8,500 nucleotides of DNA from Promethearchaeota archaeon (GTDB taxonomy: Archaea > Asgardarchaeota > Thorarchaeia > Thorarchaeales > Thorarchaeaceae). The DNA lies in the NCBI GenBank assembly GCA_027031765.1, contig JALVPN010000122.1:1-8500 (forward strand), in the 5' to 3' direction. A model generated the notes under the pieces. It was not told the DNA's origin and searched no databases. It saw only the letters and a program-made list of their open reading frames with translations. The translations under genes and the position numbers were made by a program. Below are positions 1 through 6,444 of this stretch, in pieces; position 1 is the stretch's first letter, and each line of letters opens with the position of its first letter.

Positions 1-504
1 GCCGAGGCCCTCAGCACGGAGGTATGCTGAGTCGTAGGTCGACACGGTGACCGGGCGGACATCAGACTCGCCACCACCAATGGCGCCAGCTTGGATTCCG
101 AGCCACTTTGCCACCTGCTGGCGCCACTGGTCCATGAGGTCGAGTGTGGGCACGACGATGAGTGTGGGTACTGCGACCACCTCGATGGCCTTCAGTGCCA
201 CGTGTGTCTTGCCCGCCCCTGTGGGCATTTCCAGCACTCCGCGTCGACCGGAATCGAGCCATGCCTGCAGGCCTGCCTGCTGATAGTCCCTGAGCGTGAC
301 ACTGGACGTCAGTGCTGGCATCTCTGGCAGGTCGAGGACCTCATCGACAACGGACACTCCAGCGCGGGACAAGTACTCGACCACTTCCTGATAGTACATA
401 GCCTCCGCCCTGTAGGCACCGGTCCTGTTGTCCCAGTGGCCGAATGGGGTCCCGGTCTCGCCTCTTATGACAACCGTGCCCCTGTCGTAGCTCAGATGTA
501 CCAT
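1..504 (-). CDS. xpb: XPB/Rad25-type SF2 (DEAD/DEAH-box) DNA repair helicase, 5' part (truncated by the window's left edge)
   Basis: Manual minus-strand translation from ATG at 504: MVHLSYDRGTVVIRGETGTPFGHWDNRTGAYRAEAMYYQEVVEYL...TLRDYQQAGLQAWLDSGRRGVLEMPTGAGKTHVALKAI...TLIVVPTLDLMDQW...VTVSTYDSAY. Contains the Q motif (LRDYQ), Walker A (PTGAGKT), motif Ia (VVPT) and Ib (STYDS). No stop before position 1. An in-frame ATG at 540 is an alternative start. Confidence 0.92.
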   Translation of the reverse strand, partial: MVHLSYDRGTVVIRGETGTPFGHWDNRTGAYRAEAMYYQEVVEYLSRAGVSVVDEVLDLPEMPALTSSVTLRDYQQAGLQAWLDSGRRGVLEMPTGAGKTHVALKAIEVVAVPTLIVVPTLDLMDQWRQQVAKWLGIQAGAIGGGESDVRPVTVSTYDSAYLRAEGLG

Positions 505-739
505 TGCTGTCCATGTCCCGGCATGGGTGTGCCCGCACATAGTCCTTTCTGTCCTTGAATCCCCTGTTCCCGGGCACAGGACGGGATGGTCGCCACCGTC
601 TACCACAGAATGAGTACAGCGCTGTGCAACGACATCATATTGTGTGGTGTTAGGTACGTGGCAACACTCCGTCACCGCATGTGTCGCACAGGTAGCACGG
701 GGACGCAGACGGCCGCATGGTCTGACGTGGGGCCCGTGT

Positions 740-1297
740 CTAGGTGTGCTGGAGCCCTATCATCTTCGACGGCAGCGTGCGTATCTTCTCGCGGACGAAG
801 TTGTAGCGCTCTCCCCTGTTACTGAGGGCCCGGAGCTGGTCACCGTACTGCTCAGTGACTATCTCGTACTGGAAATACGCGTAGATGGCGTCGTACATGA
901 GGAACTCTCTCTCCAAGGCCTCGTGGTCGGACGACACGAGGAGAGGCGTACCCACCGCAATGAGTTCCAGTGTCCAGGCCCTTGGTTCCCTGTCGAGCCC
1001 ATTGGTGTCAGCTGCGCGTACTAGGCGTCGGACACGTTCCAGTGCGGGGTCGTCTTCGAGGGCGTACTTTTCGACGATGGCATCAAAGGAACAGTGCCTC
1101 TCGCCCTCGCATTCATGGTGGTCGAGCTCGACACCGGTGCCTGTGTCGAAGGGGACTGCCCCGGTCGCCGCCACAAAGTCGTCTATCTTATCCCGCGGGA
1201 GGAAAACGAACTGGGCCCTCTCGTCCACAAACCTCTTTATGAGCCATGGACAGGCGACCCGGTCCACATGGACATGTTCTCTTGTGACCCACAGCAA
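740..1297 (-). CDS. chrB: ChrB-family (chromate resistance, C-terminal-domain type) protein with a ~40 aa C-terminal extension
   Basis: LWVTREHVHVDRVACPWLIKRFVD...AVPFD...HCSFDAIVEKYAL.DDPAL...VRAAD...LMYDAIYAY matches the ChrB signature (WxTRxxxxxDRxACPWLIxRFxD; FDA; YDALY). Start placed at TTG 1297 (GTGAT SD-like element 4 nt upstream). The ORF track start is 1327. Confidence 0.85.
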   Translation of the reverse strand: MLWVTREHVHVDRVACPWLIKRFVDERAQFVFLPRDKIDDFVAATGAVPFDTGTGVELDHHECEGERHCSFDAIVEKYALEDDPALERVRRLVRAADTNGLDREPRAWTLELIAVGTPLLVSSDHEALEREFLMYDAIYAYFQYEIVTEQYGDQLRALSNRGERYNFVREKIRTLPSKMIGLQHT

Positions 1298-1328
1298 GAA
1301 TATCACTGTGTCGTTTTTCGGAAACACG

Positions 1329-1344
1329 AGTATTTTGCTTTTCC
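1329..1344 (-). promoter_or_regulatory. Possible BRE/TATA-like element for chrB
   Basis: Minus strand GGAAAAGCAAAATACT, an A/T-rich island ~32-47 nt upstream of the TTG start in otherwise GC-rich DNA. Confidence 0.3.
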
Positions 1345-1513
1345 TGTGTGCCTATGCACCTGTGTTGCCCCTACGTGCGTGTGCCGGGGCACCGGGCCGT
1401 AGCGGGTCTGGGCACTGTGTGAGTTGGATGTTGCCTGACAGTCAATGGGGGCTGCTGGTGGTCGTGCTCTGCAGCTGCTGCGGCGTTGGGGTGCGGGCGC
1501 ACTGACCAACACC

Positions 1514-1519
1514 TATAAG
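1514..1519 (+). promoter_or_regulatory. TATA box for the 1549..2505 gene
   Basis: TATAAG about 30 nt upstream of ATG 1549, the spacing expected for an archaeal short-leader transcript. Confidence 0.5.
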
Positions 1520-1548
1520 TGGGCACATGTGCTTGTGGCAGCGGGAGA

Positions 1549-2505
1549 ATGCCTGTGAGCGGAGAGGGCCTCTCTGAGGAGCCGGTCGGAAGGTATCCGA
1601 GTGGTGGTGAGTGGTCATACGAGGAGCTGGAGTGTTGTCAGCGCTCCTTGGCCATGGCACTGGTCATCAATATGGTGTCTGTCGTGGGCCTGATGATCCT
1701 GGTACTTGGCGAGTACTCGCTCCTCCCATTGGGCCTGGGTATCTTCATTGCACCACTCGTGTGTGGCCTAACACTGACCGTGCTGGTCAGCCGGAAAATC
1801 CGGGACGAAGAGCTCGCCCGGGGGGTACGGGGGAGGTCACGCCTAGAGGTCGCACGGACGATGCAGTACTTCGACGCGGTCGCGAACGAGGTCAGAGATG
1901 TGGGGCGTCCTCGCGAGTGGGCACCTGAGGAACTCCGTGAAACGGTCACGCGGCCAGTAGCGGAGGCACACCTCCGCACGCTTCTGCCAGGGCAGCATAG
2001 CATGTGGTCGGAGGTTGCAGCTGGCACAGACGTGGACGGTGCCGCCTCCCAACTGCGGGTCGGCGGACTGTTGTTGTTGTGTGCTGCGGCCATACTGCTG
2101 GCGCCTCTCGTCGTCCTAGGCATTCTCCACCCGCGGTTCGGAGTGTCTGCAGTGGCGTACAGTGTAGTCCAGGTGGTCTTCGGTGCGGTCTGTGGTGGGG
2201 CCTCCACGCTCCTCCTGCTAGCTCGTGTGTGGCAGGTGGTATTTGGCAGCCATGGGCAGACGTTTCCCGACGCACCAGTCGTCCGACTTGCGGCAGAGGC
2301 TAGGCGGACAGTAGAGTCGCTCATCGACCTCGTGCGGGATGAGGGACGCGGCCCAATAAGGGCATTCCTCATTGGACAGTACGCTGGCGCCAGTCGCACT
2401 GGACGGAGTGTGATCACTACCAGCGGCCTGACACTGTACGAGACCGTGGTGGTACCGGGCGCGACCCTGAGCAGTGCACCCGTCAGTGACGAGGGGCCCA
2501 AGTGA
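1549..2505 (+). CDS. Hypothetical membrane protein, about 4 TM helices arranged as two hairpins
   Basis: Long ORF (track 1519..2505; ATG 1549 preferred because of the TATA spacing and a GGGAGA upstream). Hydrophobic pairs LAMALVINMVSVVGLMILVLG/LLPLGLGIFIAPLVCGLTLTVLV and GGLLLLCAAAILLAPLVVLGIL/VSAVAYSVVQVVFGAVCGGASTLLLLA are each followed by a charged region. No family recognised. Confidence 0.7.
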   Translation: MPVSGEGLSEEPVGRYPSGGEWSYEELECCQRSLAMALVINMVSVVGLMILVLGEYSLLPLGLGIFIAPLVCGLTLTVLVSRKIRDEELARGVRGRSRLEVARTMQYFDAVANEVRDVGRPREWAPEELRETVTRPVAEAHLRTLLPGQHSMWSEVAAGTDVDGAASQLRVGGLLLLCAAAILLAPLVVLGILHPRFGVSAVAYSVVQVVFGAVCGGASTLLLLARVWQVVFGSHGQTFPDAPVVRLAAEARRTVESLIDLVRDEGRGPIRAFLIGQYAGASRTGRSVITTSGLTLYETVVVPGATLSSAPVSDEGPK

Positions 2506-2582
2506 GTGACCTGATACTGGCCCTGCACTACGACGTACCGACAGATTGTTTCGTTTCTTTCAGAGAAGACAAGGTCTTGTAG

Positions 2583-2770
2583 TGGACAGGGCCTCATACT
2601 ACCACCATTATCACCACTACCACTACGACAATGAAAGTCAACACGACAGGCACGACTACGACGCCAACCCAGACGTCTAGTGAGGTGCTGGTACCGGCAC
2701 TCGCGGCCGGAGTAGTTGTGGTTGTTGCTGATATTGGTGTGTACCACCTCTGTAGGTGGCAGCTGTCGGT
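2583..2770 (+). pseudogene. Probable remnant of a cell-surface protein C-terminus (Thr-rich linker + TM anchor)
   Basis: + frame after the TAG at 2580-2582 reads WTGPHTTTIITTTTTTTMKVNTTGTTTTPTQTSSEVLVPALAAGVVVVVADIGVYHLCRW. It has no N-terminal domain and an Asp inside the TM. The strand is ambiguous because the - strand also reads as Thr-run + Val-rich helix. Confidence 0.35.
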
Positions 2771-2932
2771 TGGTGCCGGCAGGGACGGAGGTGAGACCAC
2801 CGGGCGCGGGAGTGCAGGGCCGCCCCCTGAGGACGTGGAGGACAGTGACATGCCTGCCAGACCGGCGACGACGTCAGTATGGGGGAGTAGCACTCGGGGC
2901 ACATGGTGGCGGATTCTTCTGAGTACCTGCCC

Positions 2933-2957
2933 TCTTCTCTATTCGCTTCTCTTTCTT
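2933..2957 (+). terminator. Pyrimidine/T-rich tract, possible archaeal terminator
   Basis: CTCTTCTCTATTCGCTTCTCTTTCTT-like tract in the intergenic region ahead of the next promoter. Confidence 0.25.
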
Positions 2958-3014
2958 GCCACAGGAAAGGGTCACTCTCGGCCGCATCAGTCGTCCAGTC
3001 TCATGGGCGTCAGG

Positions 3015-3066
3015 TATTTATCTCACGGTGCCACTAGTGGCCTCACCGACATTTCGAGAGAAGGAG
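3015..3066 (+). promoter_or_regulatory. TATA-like box, palindrome and SD for the 3076 gene
   Basis: TATTTAT (3015-3021), perfect palindrome GCCACTAGTGGC (3030-3041), AGGAG (3062-3066) upstream of ATG 3076. Confidence 0.45.
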
Positions 3067-3075
3067 AGCTAGCCA

Positions 3076-3441
3076 ATGCAGACCAACATGCCATTACTTG
3101 GCGGCTTTGTGACACTCATCATACTGATGTTTGTCATCATGCTGCTCGTATATGCCGTGCTCCTCGGTATCGCGCTTGGCTTTGTCAATGGTGAGAACCG
3201 TGAGCTTGGGACAACCTTCGTGACAGCACTCTTGATTGCAATCGTTTCAGTGATACCCATACTCGGGTGTATACTGGCATGGTACTTCATCAAGACGCGT
3301 CACAACGTTGGGTGGGGCGGCGCGATTGCCGCGTGGCTTATCGTGTTCATAATCGCGGTAGTCATTCTCTTGGCAATCATCTTACTGCTGGCGCCCGGGC
3401 TACTTGCCCTGATGTCAAACCCCGCGCTACCGACACCATAG
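3076..3441 (+). CDS. Small hypothetical integral membrane protein (3-4 TM)
   Basis: 121 aa, almost entirely hydrophobic, with short polar loops (NGENRE; KTRHNVGW). ATG start with AGGAG SD. Confidence 0.85.
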   Translation: MQTNMPLLGGFVTLIILMFVIMLLVYAVLLGIALGFVNGENRELGTTFVTALLIAIVSVIPILGCILAWYFIKTRHNVGWGGAIAAWLIVFIIAVVILLAIILLLAPGLLALMSNPALPTP

Positions 3442-3561
3442 TCTCACGCGGCCGAGCGTAGACACCGTATTGGACATGGTTGGCTGTCAGACTGGGAGCG
3501 GACGACGCTGAGAGAAAGGTCGTGTGAGGAGGTACTCTCTGACCCGCAGCGGGGGCGGCTG

Positions 3562-4170
3562 GTGTTCGACCGCGGTGCGGTGCTCGGTCGCCCCCTTGCC
3601 TTTCTCAGGCTGTCTGTGCCTCTTCTGACGGCCCACCATCCTTTTTGTGATGCCTTCTCGGGGCACACTTTTACTTTCCTCGGCAGGAAGTGGTGCATCG
3701 GCTGTTTCTTCAGTTCTATCGCCTTTTTCTCGACACTCCCAGCGCTCCTCTTCCTCTGGAGTGGCCAGTACCTGTCCCTCACACGTGACATGTTCTACCT
3801 GACCGCTGCGCTCGCTGTGGGTGGCTCGTTCTTGATGAGTGCAACGGGCGCGACGGAGCACCGCGGTGTGAAGGCCGTGGCAAAGGTACTCCTCGGGGCG
3901 GGCTTTGCCTCCTTGGTCGCGGGGGTGCTGGTCTCCGGTGGGGACATCGGGTACTACCTTGTGGGCAAGCTGGTAGTCATCGTCATCCTGTACCTTCCAG
4001 TAATCACACTGATGAACGTCAGGCGGTACCGTGAGATTGAGTCGGTCTGCGGTACCTGTGAGCATAGGATGCGCTGGAGCACCTGCCCGGGTTTCGGTGA
4101 CCTCGTCTGTGCGTACTTCACTGCCGGCTTCCTCCGCCTGACCGACGACGTACCACAATTGGACGACTGA
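3562..4170 (+). CDS. His/Cys-rich membrane protein, putative metal-binding (loosely DUF2085-like)
   Basis: HHPFCDAFSGHTFTFLGRKWCIGC precedes about 4 TM helices; the C-terminus carries CGTCEHRMRWSTCPGFGDLVC. The start is uncertain (frame is open from 3442). Confidence 0.8.
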   Translation: MFDRGAVLGRPLAFLRLSVPLLTAHHPFCDAFSGHTFTFLGRKWCIGCFFSSIAFFSTLPALLFLWSGQYLSLTRDMFYLTAALAVGGSFLMSATGATEHRGVKAVAKVLLGAGFASLVAGVLVSGGDIGYYLVGKLVVIVILYLPVITLMNVRRYREIESVCGTCEHRMRWSTCPGFGDLVCAYFTAGFLRLTDDVPQLDD

Positions 4171-4317
4171 CGTCAGTACTCTGTGGGCCTGTGAGCATGT
4201 GTGAGCAGTCCGCGGTCACGCTGGTTCTCTCCCTACCGGGCGGTCACCCAGCTCCGGACATCAGGCAACACAGAAAAGGCAGGGTGTTCACGTCTGACAT
4301 GCTGGGAGGTACGTTGC

Positions 4318-4995
4318 GTGCAGTATGAGGAGGTCATGCGCAGACTGGCCAAGCTCGCCGACCCTGTGGTACAGCAGGGCATGGCCCGGGCGGGCATCAC
4401 CCCCGAGAAGGGATTTGGTGTCACGCTCCCCCGACTCCGGAGCCTCGCACGGGAGGTCGGCACAGACCATGAGCTGGCCCTACAGCTGTGGGCAGCCGGC
4501 TACAGGGAGACAAGGATACTCGCCAGCATGGTGGACGACCCCGGACAGGTTACCGAAGAGCAGATGGAACGCTGGGCCAGCGACTTCGACTACTGGGAGA
4601 TCTGCGACCAAGTGTGTCTGAACCTCTTCATCCGGACACCCCACGCGAGAAAGAAGATATTCGAGTGGGCCCAAAGAGATGAGGTGTTCATCAAGAGGGC
4701 CGCCTTCGCAATGATTGCATTCATGGCCTCCAAAGGGCGGGTGGCTGACGACAGCTTCTTCGAGCCGTTCATCCCACTCTTCCTCGCCGCGTCCACTGAC
4801 GACAGACCAATGGTCAAGAAGGCTGTGAGCTGGGCGCTCAGGAAGATTGGCAAACGCAGTGTGGATATGAATTTCAAGGCCTGCGAAGTCGCACGCATGA
4901 TCCAGGCGCTCGACACAAAGAGTGCCAGGTGGATAGCATCAGACGTACTGCGGGAGCTGACCAGCGACACGACTCGTGAGCGACTGAAACGGTGA
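4318..4995 (+). CDS. DNA alkylation repair protein (AlkD-like HEAT-repeat glycosylase family)
   Basis: FGVTLPRLRSLAREVGTDHELALQLW...RETRILA...WASDFDYWEICDQVCLNLF...FIKRAAF...DDRPMVKKAVSWALRKIGKRS is the typical family pattern. GGAGGT (4305-4310) lies 7 nt before GTG 4318, so the track start at 4201 is probably too early. Confidence 0.92.
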   Translation: MQYEEVMRRLAKLADPVVQQGMARAGITPEKGFGVTLPRLRSLAREVGTDHELALQLWAAGYRETRILASMVDDPGQVTEEQMERWASDFDYWEICDQVCLNLFIRTPHARKKIFEWAQRDEVFIKRAAFAMIAFMASKGRVADDSFFEPFIPLFLAASTDDRPMVKKAVSWALRKIGKRSVDMNFKACEVARMIQALDTKSARWIASDVLRELTSDTTRERLKR

Positions 4996-5024
4996 GTGCC
5001 AGGAGCGGTTCAACACATGTTCGA

Positions 5025-5046
5025 GGGCTGCTAGGGGCTGCTAGGG
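5025..5046 (+). repeat. 10-bp tandem duplication (GGGCTGCTAG x2 + GG)
   Basis: GGGCTGCTAG at 5025-5034 and 5035-5044, in the intergenic space between convergent genes. Confidence 0.75.
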
Positions 5047-5203
5047 TGCTGGTGTGCGTCGATTCGGGTCGTCAGTGCCACTTCTGAAGCGTCCAGTGGT
5101 GGATACACTAGAGCCGGCACGTCGCACTCTGCTCAGTCCGCTCGTCCGTGCTCTCCTGTACCCGTCTGCTAGCCCTGCGCCTGAAAACAGAATGCCACTG
5201 CAC

Positions 5204-5698
5204 TTATGAAAGCCCGACAACTAGAATTGGGACGTGAATTGCGCTCCGGACAAACGGCAAGTAGCGCGTGGCCTTCTCAAATGTGAGCCTCCCCGACCAC
5301 TTCCTGCCCCGCTCCTCCATCTCCTTCAGGAACTCCTTTGTTGCCATTACGTAGATGCCAACATCAATCTTGTCAACACCAGAGTACGAGCCCACTTGGA
5401 ACTTCAACAGGTCAATCCCAATGAATGACGCATGACCAAACTGGACCTCCACTCCGACACGGCTCTTCATAAAGTCGAACCGTGTTTCACCCTCGCCCCT
5501 CCCGCCAAAGACGGACACTTGCGACTGCCAGCCCAGCGCCTCCAAACGGGTACGGATGGTGCTGTTGAGGTCTCGTGTTGAGATGCCGGACTCTGGTACT
5601 CTGATGTCCCTCAAGACATCGAGGATTTCATTTTTTACATCTAGCCTGCTGTTCAGGATTTCATCCGCGAACCGGTAGTTGTATGTGACTATGTGCAA
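5204..5698 (-). CDS. BglII/BstYI-family type II restriction endonuclease-like protein
   Basis: RFDFMKSRVGVEVQFG has D-x8-E-x-Q, the BglII catalytic arrangement (D84/E93/Q95) with Q in place of the PD-(D/E)xK lysine. Also DLLKFQ, IDVGIYV, and the C-terminal TFEKA..YL......VPILVVGL. Probable start is TTG 5698 (MHIVTYNYRFADEILN); the track start is 5719. Confidence 0.85.
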   Translation of the reverse strand: MHIVTYNYRFADEILNSRLDVKNEILDVLRDIRVPESGISTRDLNSTIRTRLEALGWQSQVSVFGGRGEGETRFDFMKSRVGVEVQFGHASFIGIDLLKFQVGSYSGVDKIDVGIYVMATKEFLKEMEERGRKWSGRLTFEKATRYLPFVRSAIHVPILVVGLS

Positions 5699-5728
5699 CT
5701 CTCTCGTGGTCGAGAGCACTCGGTGCAG

Positions 5729-5743
5729 TAATCAATATTTCTC
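5729..5743 (-). promoter_or_regulatory. Possible BRE/TATA-like element for the endonuclease gene
   Basis: Minus strand GAGAAATATTGATTA, an A/T island ~31-45 nt upstream of TTG 5698. Confidence 0.35.
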
Positions 5744-6088
5744 CACCATGTGTGCAGTCTACGCAGAGGATGAATAAACTACAGGTGGCCCCGTGCCTTT
5801 GGTCGCCGAGACGTGAGAGAGGCATAGGGTGAGATACCTTGGCCCCACCATTCCGCCAGTGTTGCGTCGCAGATCCAACAAGGTCGGGGGTCTATGTGAA
5901 GCGAGGGCGGAGGTTGTGGACTGGGAAACCCCACGAAGGGCGTCAGAACGCATCGGCATCCTGGGTGAGCTCTAGAGGGCCTTGCTGGGCACCAGTCCGG
6001 GGTTGAATGGGCGTGTCCTGCCCGGCCATTGATATGAGACTCATCGGACATGCTACAGGGTCTGATGGTGAGCTGTAGGGGGACAGGG

Positions 6089-6137
6089 ACAACGTCAGAA
6101 GAGGAGGAGCTGCAGGAAGCATAGCGTCTGACGTTGT
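6089..6137. repeat. Perfect 11-bp inverted repeat with a 27-nt spacer
   Basis: ACAACGTCAGA (6089-6099) ... TCTGACGTTGT (6127-6137). Confidence 0.8.
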
Positions 6138-6140
6138 GGA

Positions 6141-6233
6141 CTACATGCCTGGTACATTTCCCTCCCTCCGGATTCGTAGAAGTGGACAGCGTGTGCAAGA
6201 TGGCCTGTATCGCGTGCACACCTCTTGGATGGT
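6141..6233 (-). pseudogene. Endonuclease III/MutY-type Fe-S cluster loop (FCL) remnant
   Basis: An unlisted minus frame reads TIQEVCTRYRPSCTRCPLLRIRREGNVPGM*, matching C-x4-P-x-C-x2-C-P-L of the FCL motif (CX6CX2CX5C). The fourth Cys is Arg, and no HhH motif or good start codon was found upstream. Confidence 0.4.
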
Positions 6234-6444
6234 GCTGCTGCATGTGCGGCATGGTTGGTTCCGGTGTCCTCTTGATGGAGCCTTGGACTCTTCCCCACAT
6301 CTGCTCAGAGTTGCCTCTGCGCAATGGGACTGAACTGGCCACTGGATGGGACTCGGTACCGGACTGTGCAGCCCCGCACCAGACGCAGCTCAGGGGCACG
6401 GTCCTCCAAGCACAGCCAATGGGACTGGAACAGCCTAGGACACC

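Noticed and set aside
1638-2747. 369-aa minus ORF, plus 885..1505, 3487..4158, 91..558 and other long track ORFs.
   Set aside because: Antisense or alternate-frame shadows of better-supported genes in GC-rich DNA; Ser/Arg/Thr-rich with no motifs.
4166-4177. 12-bp palindrome ACTGACGTCAGT over the stop codon of the 3562 gene (and GCCACTAGTGGC at 3030-3041) as operators.
   Set aside because: About two 12-bp palindromes are expected by chance in 8.5 kb; only the 3030 one has a suggestive position and is noted under regulatory features.
5000-5030. GGTTCAA/GTTCGA as tRNA T-loops.
   Set aside because: No cloverleaf, acceptor stem or D-arm can be formed around them.
5900-5960. GGGAAACCCCACGAAGGG as RNase P RNA, SRP RNA or an IS200/IS605 end.
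   Set aside because: The universally conserved RNase P/SRP segments are absent and there is no transposase or paired end.
6089-6420. Selenoprotein idea: the FCL frame has an upstream CP-TGA (6392-6390) and a hairpin right after its stop.
   Set aside because: The hairpin lacks both the archaeal GAA/A and the eukaryote-like AUGA/GA SECIS cores, and the peptide resembles no selenoprotein family I know.
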